Source of the DNA: an uncultured virus (IMG/VR IMGVR_UViG_3300031787_000017) | Lineage: Duplodnaviria; Heunggongvirae; Uroviricota; Caudoviricetes | Virus record (IMG/VR): IMGVR_UViG_3300031787_000017 | Reading direction: 5' to 3' (one strand) | Length of the DNA stretch: 64,000 bases | In this document: positions 10,012 through 19,655 of the stretch, in pieces | Layout: the number at the start of each line of letters is the position of its first letter | How positions within the stretch are numbered: position 1 is the first letter of the stretch | Position numbers and translations under genes: made by a program | Notes under the pieces: generated by a model | What the model saw: the letters and a program-made list of their open reading frames with translations, nothing else | What the model was told of the DNA's origin: nothing | The model's database searches: none

Positions 10012-10228
10012 AATCGTCTCCTTCGAAATATTTTTCTACTTTTGTCATTGCTTCTTCCAAAGTCACGGCAATGACTCTAACATATGCTATACCAGCACTG
10101 ATGGACATATCAAAAGGAACAGGTCCATTGAAATTAAAACTATCAGGAACGGTATATTGAACCTCAAATTCCCTCAGGTTTTTTATTCGACTCATTATGT
10201 TATCAAATTCTTTATTCATGGTATTCAA
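10001..10228 (-). CDS. Hypothetical protein
   Basis: Tightly packed ORF in operon. Confidence 0.6.
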   Translation of the reverse strand: MNTMNKEFDNIMSRIKNLREFEVQYTVPDSFNFNGPVPFDMSISAGIAYVRVIAVTLEEAMTKVEKYFEGDDYEC

Positions 10229-11010
10229 TGAGATTCGCCATCTATAATATTATTATACATGATTTCTTTAACTGTGTCAACTCTTTCTTTGGAGTTTTTA
10301 GCTCCTAATATTACTATGGCATGTTTACGATTGTTTTGTTCTACCATAATTGCTACACAATATCCAGCAGGATTAGTAAATCCTGTTTTACTGACAATCA
10401 CATTATCAAACTGAAAAAGAACTCGTCTATTGGTATTGTTTAATACAATTTTTCTGACTTTCTTTTTATATTTTGTTTCAATCAATGTGTGTTTTTTTAC
10501 ACTTATATTTTTTATCATATTATAGTTTGAAGCCTCTATAACCATATTCGCCACTTCATTTGCGGTACTAACATTATTACGACTTAATCCTGAAGGATCA
10601 TCAAATTTAGTATTCGGCATGTTTAACATCATTGCACGTATATTCATATCTCTTATAAACTTTTCTCGACCACCAGGATAGTCTGATGCTAATGTTTCTG
10701 CCGCTGCGTTATCACTACGAATTAGCATAGCTTCAAACAATTCACCTCTAGTATAACTCTTGGGTGGCAAACTAGATTTTACTTTTCTGACCAATTTCAA
10801 TTGTCTTTTCATATCTGTGTTATAGTCTAAAGCAACCATAGCTGTCATAAGTTTCGTAACACTCGCAATTGGTCTAGTATTATCAACATTCTCTCCAATT
10901 TTAGTTTTTTTCTCAGAAATATCAAAGTGAATTACTGAAGGATCTTCTCGCTTCGCATGAGAAAAGGTACAAATGGTCAATGCAATTATTGTTATTATTG
11001 TTCTAAGCAT
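10225..11010 (-). CDS. D-alanyl-D-alanine endo/carboxypeptidase, peptidase S11 (PBP7/PbpG-like)
   Basis: Signal peptide; SxxK (ASVTK), SxN (SDN) and KTG motifs all intact. Confidence 0.88.
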   Translation of the reverse strand: MLRTIITIIALTICTFSHAKREDPSVIHFDISEKKTKIGENVDNTRPIASVTKLMTAMVALDYNTDMKRQLKLVRKVKSSLPPKSYTRGELFEAMLIRSDNAAAETLASDYPGGREKFIRDMNIRAMMLNMPNTKFDDPSGLSRNNVSTANEVANMVIEASNYNMIKNISVKKHTLIETKYKKKVRKIVLNNTNRRVLFQFDNVIVSKTGFTNPAGYCVAIMVEQNNRKHAIVILGAKNSKERVDTVKEIMYNNIIDGESH

Positions 11011-11602
11011 TTAATATTTTCCTTAATATTATCTTATTTTTTGTTTGATCTTTATTCAAGAAATCATTGTATTTCAAAACTTTCATTCTGTAAGATGGCC
11101 ATATAATAGTATCTTCTATTTTTTCTTTCCACATAGGAAAAAAGTTTAATATAGAATTTAAAGTGCAGAGAGTTTCTATCTCAATCTCTTTTCTCATACA
11201 CGATGTGAGTAATTTAGGATGAGAACCTTCATCAACTAATAACAAATCATTAGGATTTTCAATATTAGAAAATAATTTGACACAATCATTCTCGAAAACA
11301 TATGAGAACGACTGTATCACCTTTTTTCTTTTCATATGCTGTATATCAGCATCATCATTTAACAAATCTCCAATCCAAAGTTTTTCATTGTTGACTAGAT
11401 TAGAAACAATAAAAAAGACTAGGTCATCTTTTAAATTAAACTTTTTTGAAAGTTTAGTAAAGTGCCATTTGTCTTTTCTATTTTCAAAAGAACTCAAACT
11501 AACATTTGTTTTGCCATTATATTTAAAGTAATCATATGACTCCTGAGTAAAATGTAGTTTGAGAGCATTATATATTCCAAAAGCCTCATAACCAGTTATC
11601 AT
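11003..11602 (-). CDS. 59: Helicase loader gp59
   Basis: YNALKLHFT..YDYFKYNGK..FENRKDK; synteny with gp33 and gp32. Confidence 0.85.
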   Translation of the reverse strand: MITGYEAFGIYNALKLHFTQESYDYFKYNGKTNVSLSSFENRKDKWHFTKLSKKFNLKDDLVFFIVSNLVNNEKLWIGDLLNDDADIQHMKRKKVIQSFSYVFENDCVKLFSNIENPNDLLLVDEGSHPKLLTSCMRKEIEIETLCTLNSILNFFPMWKEKIEDTIIWPSYRMKVLKYNDFLNKDQTKNKIILRKILNA

Positions 11603-11832
11603 ATTGGCAATCGATTACCTTTCACCTTCAATAAATTATTATTCATAGCTTCACTCTCAATCTTAGCTTTTAAATTTTGATTGATGAGTGAAGCGGCAAC
11701 CTCAATTTCAAGACCAGTTTGCTTACAATGTTCTACTATAGCTTCAATGTAATTGTAATCCGTATTTGCAACTAGTGATTCTATAGTTTTAGCAAATTTA
11801 AGCATTTCATCTTTGGTCGGCATAAATTTCAT
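11599..11832 (-). CDS. 33: Late transcription co-activator gp33
   Basis: YIEAIVEHC..EIEVAASLI..LKAKIESEA..NLLK..LPI. Confidence 0.85.
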   Translation of the reverse strand: MKFMPTKDEMLKFAKTIESLVANTDYNYIEAIVEHCKQTGLEIEVAASLINQNLKAKIESEAMNNNLLKVKGNRLPI

Positions 11833-11835
11833 ACC

Positions 11836-12189
11836 TTACAAAGATTTTGTAAGTGGACATCCGGGTTGATAACAATCATGTCTAGCCATAATATCTAATG
11901 CAAAACCGCAAATACGACATTTTTCTGGTTGCGACATAAGTTTGTTCTCATCTTTACTCCATGACGATAGAGATTCAACTATGAAATCCATACTACTTGG
12001 ACTTTTGTAAATATCTTCAGTAGATTCAATATGATCGTTCACTATATCAACCTCGCCATCAATATGGAAAGTACATCCTTTCAAAAAATAACCAAAGTTT
12101 TGTAGAACTTCATCTAATGACTCTGCATAGAATTCTGTAGAATTTTTCCAGTTAGAGTAATCATCTTCACATGTAAATGTATATTTCAT
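11836..12189 (-). CDS. Hypothetical protein
   Basis: ORF in operon; FLKGCTF motif, C-terminal Cys cluster. Confidence 0.6.
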   Translation of the reverse strand: MKYTFTCEDDYSNWKNSTEFYAESLDEVLQNFGYFLKGCTFHIDGEVDIVNDHIESTEDIYKSPSSMDFIVESLSSWSKDENKLMSQPEKCRICGFALDIMARHDCYQPGCPLTKSL

Positions 12190-12458
12190 TTTACGACCGT
12201 TTCATAAAGAGTTTCAAATTGTTCATGTACTGCAACTTCCTCATCATAATTTTGTTTATGATAAACTTTAACCATCTTGGCTACAAGTTTTTTAGGTAAT
12301 TGAAGATCCTTTGCAATGTTAGTTGTTGCTTCTTTAATGTAATCTTTTTCTCCTTCCATACGTGTCAAAGAATTAGAACATTCTTTTAAAACACCTAGAA
12401 GTTTCTCGCGGTCAGCAGGATTACTAAGCGTATTTACTGATAGTTGTTGCACAGCCAT
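12186..12458 (-). CDS. dsbA: T4 DsbA-like dsDNA-binding protein
   Basis: KMVKVYHKQNYDE..FETLYE motif; position upstream of gp33 as in T4. Confidence 0.65.
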   Translation of the reverse strand: MAVQQLSVNTLSNPADREKLLGVLKECSNSLTRMEGEKDYIKEATTNIAKDLQLPKKLVAKMVKVYHKQNYDEEVAVHEQFETLYETVVK

Positions 12459-12475
12459 AACAAAAATCTCCTATT

Positions 12476-12724
12476 TTATTTGTAACGTGTACCAGATGCT
12501 GCATGTGTGACGCAGATAATGTCATCACCCCTTGCATAGGAACAACGAACAGAAAGTGGATCGATTCCTTTTGAAATTGCATTTTCAATATTCGATGCCA
12601 TCAATTTACGTTCATTCAATCCGTAAATACAAATAGCAATAATAGCTGAAATTACTATAACAGTTATAGAAAAGATTACAGCATAACTTTTGTTGTTTGA
12701 TTCGTTACTCATTAAGTTCTCCAT
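12476..12724 (-). CDS. Small membrane protein
   Basis: Single TM helix; GIDPLSVRC motif. Confidence 0.6.
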   Translation of the reverse strand: MENLMSNESNNKSYAVIFSITVIVISAIIAICIYGLNERKLMASNIENAISKGIDPLSVRCSYARGDDIICVTHAASGTRYK

Positions 12725-12727
12725 AGT

Positions 12728-13291
12728 TTAAGCGTTCCATTTCGTTTTGTTGTAAAAAATATGTCTACCAATGTAAGCTGTTCTTTTCATGTTAGGCCAT
12801 CCAGGTGAAACATAATCCGCATGGTAAAAAAGAGCTCCTTTAGTTGGGTCTTTCATTTTATCGTGATTCAAATAAAAGTTTAAAGACAATTCAACAATCT
12901 CATTATACAATGAATTGTTACGTGTTGTCAAGCCCTGATTCTTTAAAATCGCCAATGGTTTGTCCTCACAATACCATGAAAACTGGCAAACAACATACCT
13001 ATCAAATTGTGTTTTCTGTTTCACTACTTCACAATATGAATTAGGAAAACGTCCACTTTTCATTCTGTTCAAAGTGACAAATGCTACTGCAATTTGTCCC
13101 TCAGTGGGCTCTCTAGCGGATTCGAAATAAATGTTTTGCGCTAAACACTCAACTTCTTTTCTGGCATCTTTACTTAAATCACTAAGTTTGACATCCAACT
13201 TAGTGGGTATTGGTATTTGCGAAAAAGCAAATGCAAAGAAACTTAAAAATATAGCAAATAAAATACTAGTTAATACGGTTAAAAAACGCAT
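12728..13291 (-). CDS. Cell wall hydrolase, SleB/Hydrolase_2 family
   Basis: CLAQNIYFESA, AVAFVTLNR, CQFSWYC, DPTKGALFYHA, IGRHIFY. Confidence 0.88.
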   Translation of the reverse strand: MRFLTVLTSILFAIFLSFFAFAFSQIPIPTKLDVKLSDLSKDARKEVECLAQNIYFESAREPTEGQIAVAFVTLNRMKSGRFPNSYCEVVKQKTQFDRYVVCQFSWYCEDKPLAILKNQGLTTRNNSLYNEIVELSLNFYLNHDKMKDPTKGALFYHADYVSPGWPNMKRTAYIGRHIFYNKTKWNA

Positions 13292-13338
13292 ATTTTCTCC
13301 TTGTTAGTTAGAGAGATGCCGAAGCATCTCTGTTCCCG

Positions 13339-13611
13339 TCAGGCAGACTTTTTGCTCTGTGTCTTTTCTGCTGTGATGTTAGAAACGAATCCATTCAAAG
13401 ACTGTGCTTTGTTGATGATATCGTTTTCTGTGGGATAAGTTGGAAAGGCTGGATGTTCAGGTATTGCTTGTCCGTTTAACTTAGCGGACTCTACCTTTAC
13501 TTGCCATTCATTGATTAGGCGATCTTTGCTAGAGTGATATTCTTCCAACAAAAGGTCTTTCGCCATTTTAAGAAGTTCAAGACGAATCTCGAACGGTGTA
13601 AGATTACTCAT
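13339..13611 (-). CDS. Hypothetical protein
   Basis: ORF with SD; TPFEIRLELLKMAKD motif; downstream hairpin at 13311-13332. Confidence 0.65.
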   Translation of the reverse strand: MSNLTPFEIRLELLKMAKDLLLEEYHSSKDRLINEWQVKVESAKLNGQAIPEHPAFPTYPTENDIINKAQSLNGFVSNITAEKTQSKKSA

Positions 13612-13733
13612 AATTGCTCCTGTGTGTTGTGTGTATATCGGCGAACCGATATATGTATTTAGTGTTTTTATTACTTAATGCGGTGGTTTTTTGGAACAAG
13701 TCCGGGTGATGCCACCAAACCCACAAGACTTAT

Positions 13734-13805
13734 TTAGCGATTAGCAATGTACATTGTGATTTCAAATCCAAAACGCATATCTTGTGCAGTAGGTTTAGTC
13801 CACAT
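13734..13805 (-). CDS. pqqA: PQQ precursor peptide PqqA (23 aa)
   Basis: [23 protein letters not shown] with the invariant ExxxY; SD AAGGAGA upstream; below ORF-track size cutoff. Confidence 0.92.
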   Translation of the reverse strand: MWTKPTAQDMRFGFEITMYIANR

Positions 13806-13899
13806 AATTTTCTCCTTAGTTATAGACAGGTGTTTCTGTCTGTATTATCTATAGAAACAAGCATAAAAAATTTCTACTGATATTCATTAAATAAATCTA

Positions 13900-14251
13900 A
13901 AAAAATATGCAAGGTGATTGGGTGATAAGGACACCTTGCGAAACCTCATCTAGCATGTTTAAGCTGCTAGAGCGTAACTTTCATCGTTTGCAGTTACTAT
14001 TTTTGCTTGATTTACAGTCATCGCCTACTGTGTTGCCTTCTCCGCTATCTCACCCTGTCGAAACCGGTCGAGCCCATCAGAAGAACTTTCTTCAATAAAT
14101 TCGTGGAACCACCGCCAATATAGACTATGATTCCACAAATTTAAAGGAGGAAATCTATCGTTCCATTGATCCATAAAAATCCTTTTGGTGGACCCGGGGG
14201 GAATCGAACCCCCGTCCAAGATGCCTTCACCTTGAAGGGATTACAACAATT
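13900..14251 (-). ncRNA. ssrA: Circularly permuted two-piece tmRNA
   Basis: Acceptor piece ending GGTTCGATTCCCCCCGGGTCCACCA (to 14186) lies upstream of the coding piece starting GGGCTCGACCGGTTTCGAC (14075). G3:U70 pair present. Tag ANDESYALAA* at 13991-13959. Confidence 0.92.
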
Positions 14252-14257
14252 CTGTAC

Positions 14258-14286
14258 ATCATATCATAATATATATGACTTGTCAA
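14258..14286 (-). promoter_or_regulatory. Sigma70 promoter for tmRNA
   Basis: TTGACA-N17-TATGAT. Confidence 0.75.
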
Positions 14287-14290
14287 GCTT

Positions 14291-14626
14291 TTATCGGCCG
14301 TAAGGTCTTATTTGTTGACCAATACCAATTATACATAAGATGTTTTCTGTATGTTTCTCTACCAATGACCAGGTGCCTGTATTTGGATTAACAAACATGA
14401 TCGTTGGATAAGAATTAACACTTTCACCATTTTCATCATTTGTTCTTCGATGTGAGATCATATGCATCATTGGTTTTTCACCATATTCATCTAATGAAGA
14501 ATATACTACTTCAGCCCTCACACAAACCATTTTGCTTTGTAACAAAGTGAAGTCTTGTTCCTCACTTGTATCGTTACCAACTGCCAGAACTGGAAATAGT
14601 AGCAATGGTAGAAGAATCTTTTTCAT
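14291..14626 (-). CDS. Exported hypothetical protein
   Basis: Signal peptide MKKILLPLLLFPVLAVG; start moved from track. Confidence 0.6.
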   Translation of the reverse strand: MKKILLPLLLFPVLAVGNDTSEEQDFTLLQSKMVCVRAEVVYSSLDEYGEKPMMHMISHRRTNDENGESVNSYPTIMFVNPNTGTWSLVEKHTENILCIIGIGQQIRPYGR

Positions 14627-15293
14627 TTGTCCAATACCTTTCAATATAAGATTGGAGTTCTTCCATGTATTTAGACTTTTCTCTGATGAAAATCTGAGGT
14701 GTACCTTCTTCATTAGCTATTGCCACCACGATTTGTTCTATAGGTATATTGGTTCTTTCTTCGAACATAACAGCATAAGCCGTACATTGCACAAAATAAT
14801 TCTGTATCCATTCTTCTTTCTTTTCTTTTCTGGAATTCTTATAATCTATTATTGATACTTTATTATTCCAAGAAGCCACACAATCGGTTCTTCCAGCTAA
14901 CTTCAAGACATCACTATACAGAGGTAATTCTAAACCAAAAACATCTCCAATGTTTCGATCTATATGCGGTCTTAATTGCATGAAGAAATCCTTTATATCA
15001 GGCATCATCATGCGAATTTTAAAATCGCTTAGTTCATTTAGTAAATACTTCTCACAAACTTCGTGTAATTTAGTGCCTCTATCTGATGACTTTTTAGTTA
15101 TTTTGTTGGCTTCTTTCTCACCAATTCTTTGACGCCATTCTTCTAAGTGTGTTTTATCTGTAGAATGAGATAAAACGGTGGTAATTGAAGGGTAGAAATT
15201 ACCTCCTGGTGTTTTATATACTCTACCCTTCTCTGTAGTTGTGGATTCTAATTCATAATCTAATCCATCTATTTTCACATGATTGAAATTCAT
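14574..15293 (-). CDS. PD-(D/E)XK exonuclease (Cas4-like phage exonuclease)
   Basis: YPSITTVL, RGTKLH, LAGRTDC..IIDYK..YFVQCTAYA. Confidence 0.8.
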   Translation of the reverse strand: MNFNHVKIDGLDYELESTTTEKGRVYKTPGGNFYPSITTVLSHSTDKTHLEEWRQRIGEKEANKITKKSSDRGTKLHEVCEKYLLNELSDFKIRMMMPDIKDFFMQLRPHIDRNIGDVFGLELPLYSDVLKLAGRTDCVASWNNKVSIIDYKNSRKEKKEEWIQNYFVQCTAYAVMFEERTNIPIEQIVVAIANEEGTPQIFIREKSKYMEELQSYIERYWTNEKDSSTIATISSSGSW

Positions 15294-15519
15294 TAAACTT
15301 TATGTTAGTACAAACTTTCCTGTGTTAGTATTGTTGTTTATTAATTGTGTTTCCCGTTTATCAGAAAACCATCTATCAAGATCATCAAGTAACTCCCTTC
15401 TTCCTAAATTACCTCTTATGTGTTGTCTCAGAATAGGAATTTTAGTGCGAGTGTCCTTTCTTTTTGCCATAGTCTCTCCTTTACAAAAGAAAGTTAGCAT
15501 AATATAGAACCTTCTCAAA

Positions 15520-15816
15520 TTATTTGTTTTTCCATTTTTCTACAATCTGATCTGTTTTAACTTGTTTAATTGACCTTCTACCATGTTGTCTACCAACTTT
15601 ACTATTTGGATGTGCTTCTGCTACTTTAGATAAAACTTCTTTCCAAGTATCATCAGTTTTGGAATGAATATCGCCGACCATACTGGCTATGCCAAATGTG
15701 GTCAGCACCTGTCGAATGTGAGGATTTTTTTGTAGGAGTTCTTCTTTAGATGATATACTTAAGAAATCATCAAATTCTTCTCCAGTTTCAATATTTTGAA
15801 ATCTATACGTGGGCAT
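15520..15816 (-). CDS. Conserved T4-like small protein (FmdB-like N-terminus)
   Basis: MPTYRFQNIETGE..KNPHIRQV..WKEVLSKVAEAHP. Confidence 0.6.
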   Translation of the reverse strand: MPTYRFQNIETGEEFDDFLSISSKEELLQKNPHIRQVLTTFGIASMVGDIHSKTDDTWKEVLSKVAEAHPNSKVGRQHGRRSIKQVKTDQIVEKWKNK

Positions 15817-16366
15817 TATTATCAATCGCATCGATATACCAAATGGGAGGTTGTCGCTTAGTCCATTTAGCAAAATGGTTTTTCTTTTCCAAATAGTATT
15901 TATGATAAGAAGCCAAAGAATTGCCGGCAATCTTACATTCATCTGGCATAGCGGGTGTTGGATCAGTAAAATTACCTTCAGGTATATTATTTGGTAAAGC
16001 AACCAAAGCATTTTTCATTCTAGTTTCTACTGAATGAATTTTTCCATAACGATATGTATATTCTGCACACAAATAGTCCCACATTTGATATAACCAAGTG
16101 TAGTTACTGTCACTTTGTCTAACCCAGACACCTGATGGATGAGAAACATGAGAAGCTTTCATCATTACAACTTCACGTTTATCATCTAATCGCCAGCGTT
16201 TTATTTTACGATTGTTCGCAGTCAAATCATAATATTCTTGACCATCTAAAACACGGTGTGCAGTTGACATGAGTTGTGAATACTCAATAATCATTTTTAC
16301 CACATGTTTATCGAGGTGCATTTCTGCACACTCTTTAGGATTTTTGCTGAGATAAAAGATGTTCAT
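15803..16366 (-). CDS. Pyrimidine-dimer DNA glycosylase-like (DenV family) protein
   Basis: MNIFYL..HLDKHVVKMIIEYSQLMSTAH..HPS..WVR..NYTWL..EYTYRYGKIH. Confidence 0.7.
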   Translation of the reverse strand: MNIFYLSKNPKECAEMHLDKHVVKMIIEYSQLMSTAHRVLDGQEYYDLTANNRKIKRWRLDDKREVVMMKASHVSHPSGVWVRQSDSNYTWLYQMWDYLCAEYTYRYGKIHSVETRMKNALVALPNNIPEGNFTDPTPAMPDECKIAGNSLASYHKYYLEKKNHFAKWTKRQPPIWYIDAIDNNAHV

Positions 16367-16583
16367 TTTGCTTTCTCAATTCATAGTGTTCACGGGTAAA
16401 AGTTTCAAAAAGTTCGAAACATTTTTCACCACGCATCTGAATTATATGTTTTAAACCTGTCAATGTATTAGCAATATCATCGATTGAAGGATTTTTCTCC
16501 ATTACATTTTCATAAAGAAGTTGAATATCTTCATCAGTTCCCCATAAACGAATAATAGCTTGTTCTAAGTCAAATTGTGTCAT
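16335..16583 (-). CDS. Hypothetical protein
   Basis: FDLEQAI-type small phage protein. Confidence 0.55.
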   Translation of the reverse strand: MTQFDLEQAIIRLWGTDEDIQLLYENVMEKNPSIDDIANTLTGLKHIIQMRGEKCFELFETFTREHYELRKQNEHLLSQQKS

Positions 16584-16758
16584 TACCAGCTCCCATCACT
16601 AATATAAATGGTTATGTGTAAAAATAAAAATGCAATAATATATGTGTAATCATCCCAAGGGTCCATTTGTTTGTAAAACTTGGGAAAATAGTGCCAATGA
16701 AGTGGATTTAAAGGTACACTTACAGTGGCACCACTATGCTGTATATATTTTAAAATCT

Positions 16759-17343
16759 TCATTGTTGTTTCATATTTTCAATCGATTCTTCAAGTTCTTT
16801 GAATGCTCTAGAAGCTTCAATTTTAGCTGATAGTTTTTTATTCTTTTTGATTTCGGAAACTAACAGTCGATTAGACTGATCGGCATTATATTTAAGTTTT
16901 ACAAATGCACGATATCCATCTTTCTCATGTACAACTTTAAAATGAGTTCTTTGTACACCAATTAGATTAACTTTAGAAACAATCATTTTAGTTGTACGAT
17001 TAATTTCTTGTATAGTTGATGAATCGACTTCACCGATTTCTGTAACATAGTCTTTGAACATCGCATCAACATGTGATGAAAACTGTGAGGCTAATTCACG
17101 TTTAGCTGACAACATTGATTTATCAACCGCGAATTGAAAGTTCTGAGAGTATTCAGAAGCGATAGCATAAAGAGCTGTATCATCTTTTGATGGCTTCTCA
17201 TTATACCAATCTGGATATCTAACCTCTGATTGTTGACTGCCTCCACCAAACTCAGGCGCTTTAAACTCCATACCAGTTTGGTATTTAATAGAACTACAGG
17301 CAGTCATCGATAACACTAGTGGAATAAGAATATACTTTTTCAT
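16759..17343 (-). CDS. Lipoprotein (LPP20-like)
   Basis: Lipobox MTAC; PDWY; AKRELA. Confidence 0.65.
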   Translation of the reverse strand: MKKYILIPLVLSMTACSSIKYQTGMEFKAPEFGGGSQQSEVRYPDWYNEKPSKDDTALYAIASEYSQNFQFAVDKSMLSAKRELASQFSSHVDAMFKDYVTEIGEVDSSTIQEINRTTKMIVSKVNLIGVQRTHFKVVHEKDGYRAFVKLKYNADQSNRLLVSEIKKNKKLSAKIEASRAFKELEESIENMKQQ

Positions 17344-17344
17344 A

Positions 17345-18166
17345 TTAGTTTCCTGATTTAGAAATAGAACGAACTACTGAAGGTGGTACATCGCTAGAAA
17401 TTATAACTTGTTTTGAACTTTTAAAATTTACTTCTTCACTTTTTTTACTTACTGTAACATATCGATAAATGGTTTTTTTGAATTTTGAATCCAAAGAATT
17501 CACCATATTTGAAAATTCGAAATAATTTAAAGTTTTTTTATCAATAAGTTTTTCTTTAGAAAAGATAAAAACTAAAAGTTCTTTAGACTGAAAAGAATTT
17601 CTAGGTAATTTTAATTTAATTTTTTCATTTTCATTTTTAAGTTTTATCTCATTGTTTAATCTACTTAATGGCAATTCATATACTTTTTCATATAAGTCGT
17701 TTCTAAAATTGTAAATAGAAACATGTCCTTTAGTATTAGAAACAAATGAGAAATCTAATTCTTCATTTTCAAAATAATCGAATTTTCCCGAAATATTAAA
17801 CTTTGTTCTATTGTCATTCCTTTCAACTACAGTATCGATGATAACTCTGCAAACTTTTTTACCAAAATCTTGATAAACTTTAACATCTTTATTCGAAATA
17901 TGTTTTATTTTACCAAACATTTGTGTATAAGTTTCAACATCAATCGAACACTTCGTTTCACTTACACAATTCTCTTTTGTAAATGATTCGATTTCTTCAC
18001 CAAAAACCCGTTGTAAAGCATCTTGTTTAGATTTTTGAAAGGCATATTCACAAGCAGTATTTTCTGCTGTTTCTGGACCAAAGTAAAATTCTCCTACTCC
18101 AGTAGCTACATTTGCATAACATAATGAAGGGAAAATTAACGAAAAAAGTAATTTTTTTTTCATAAA
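17345..18166 (-). CDS. Exported protein, partner of the lipoprotein
   Basis: Signal peptide MKKKLLFSLIFPSLCYA; start moved from track. Confidence 0.55.
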   Translation of the reverse strand, partial: FMKKKLLFSLIFPSLCYANVATGVGEFYFGPETAENTACEYAFQKSKQDALQRVFGEEIESFTKENCVSETKCSIDVETYTQMFGKIKHISNKDVKVYQDFGKKVCRVIIDTVVERNDNRTKFNISGKFDYFENEELDFSFVSNTKGHVSIYNFRNDLYEKVYELPLSRLNNEIKLKNENEKIKLKLPRNSFQSKELLVFIFSKEKLIDKKTLNYFEFSNMVNSLDSKFKKTIYRYVTVSKKSEEVNFKSSKQVIISSDVPPSVVRSISKSGN

Positions 18167-18246
18167 ACTTGGGGGCACGGCGAGTATCTCCCGATAGTCT
18201 GTTGTTGTTTAAAAGTAAGCACGCCTGCCACTTCCCCATAACTTAA

Positions 18247-18786
18247 TTAGTCGATAATACTATCACGAATTTCATTAACGAGATCATTCACTTCAGGATC
18301 AAATGAATCATTCATAATTTCTTCAACTACTGGTACATCGAACTGAGTTTGAACTGGTTTAGAGTTCAAATCTTTTAGTTTAGTAACAGGTTTAGCAGTT
18401 TTAACTTTAGGTGTTTTTGCTTTCACCACTTTTGTTTTCGCAACAGGTTTAGCTGCGGCTTTTGCACCACCACGGGTGATTTTTTGTGCTTGACCAGGTA
18501 CGAAATTTGCGGCGGTTACGCCAGCAGATTTCATATATTGTTTCACTTCACTTACGTTGGTGATTTGATAAGCCGTCACTTTGCGGCCATCTTTAATAGC
18601 CTTCACAACACCGTTAGCAAAGGTTTTGATATGCCAAATGTATGTCGAAAGACGATACATGTGAATTTCTTTACCTAGTGTTGCCTCGATTTCATCAATC
18701 GTTACAGGCTTACCGCTAATCATCACGGTGAGCAATTTCTCGAAAGGTTTTAGTTTAACAGCTTTCACAGGTTTAGTTTTTGCCAT
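18247..18786 (-). CDS. Basic putative DNA-binding protein
   Basis: HTH-like N-terminus, K/P/A-rich linker; own promoter and SD. Confidence 0.55.
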   Translation of the reverse strand: MAKTKPVKAVKLKPFEKLLTVMISGKPVTIDEIEATLGKEIHMYRLSTYIWHIKTFANGVVKAIKDGRKVTAYQITNVSEVKQYMKSAGVTAANFVPGQAQKITRGGAKAAAKPVAKTKVVKAKTPKVKTAKPVTKLKDLNSKPVQTQFDVPVVEEIMNDSFDPEVNDLVNEIRDSIID

Positions 18787-18871
18787 GATAAAATACTCCT
18801 ATTTCATTAAATGAGATTATAGTATACCACAAGTCGCACATTTTGGCAAGCGATATGTGGATGTTTGCCGA

Positions 18872-19270
18872 TCAAGAAACATAATCCTCAGAACAGAATT
18901 CGGCAAAGTCTGTCCAAGACCCATTAAAAAGTACGTTATTTTCTTTTGAATACCCCGAATAAACAATAACTTTATCCTCAAAAACATGGTACTCATATTC
19001 TTGCCAAGAGTCTTGGTCTAGATCGGTGGAAAATAAATAAAATCCTCCTGCAGCTTCTTTAAAGGCTGCCACCATTTGTGCAGCAAGACAACCCATACCA
19101 TTAAAAAGTTTTTCGTTTGATCCTAAAGGAATTCCATTTACGAGTTTACCATCGAAAAGAAATTCAGCAAGTTCTTGCCCATGACCTGAAGGGTAACCAT
19201 CAAATTGACGATACATGCAAACTACTGGAGTTTTTCCGTCATAAACAAAAGTAAGCGAACGAGTACCCAT
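18872..19270 (-). CDS. Hypothetical protein
   Basis: MGTRS..YRQFDGYPSGHG phage family motif. Confidence 0.65.
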   Translation of the reverse strand: MGTRSLTFVYDGKTPVVCMYRQFDGYPSGHGQELAEFLFDGKLVNGIPLGSNEKLFNGMGCLAAQMVAAFKEAAGGFYLFSTDLDQDSWQEYEYHVFEDKVIVYSGYSKENNVLFNGSWTDFAEFCSEDYVS

Positions 19271-19654
19271 TAGTTATATCCTCTTTCATAGTTTTGAACA
19301 TCGAGCATGTCAGCTTCAAGCACAGCATCTTGATAATTATTTGCTCCGAGCTGAATCACTTCACCTTCAGAATAACAAGCAACATAACATTCTGAAACGG
19401 AATCATATTCCACACTAAGTAGAAAATTCATTTTAGTATTCCTCTCCATAATAACCATAATCTTCATCAGTGCCAAATCCAGCAGATGCCATGGCAGAAT
19501 CAAAATCGCCGTCCATGGAATCATCAAACTGTTTCATCATTTCTTCATAAATGAGTTCAACATCACCAACAGGAACATTATACTTTTCAGCAATTTGTGC
19601 CCAAGTCAATTCTCCAAAAGAAAGTTCTTCTTCAATCATAATGACGATATTCAT
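19270..19654 (-). other. Two small acidic hypothetical genes (19270-19431, 19433-19654)
   Basis: Abutting ORFs with SD sites. Confidence 0.55.
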
Positions 19655-19655
19655 A

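Noticed and set aside
14574..15293. Cas4-like nuclease suggesting a CRISPR system
   Set aside because: No repeat-spacer array or other cas genes seen; solo exonucleases of this type are common in T4-like phages.
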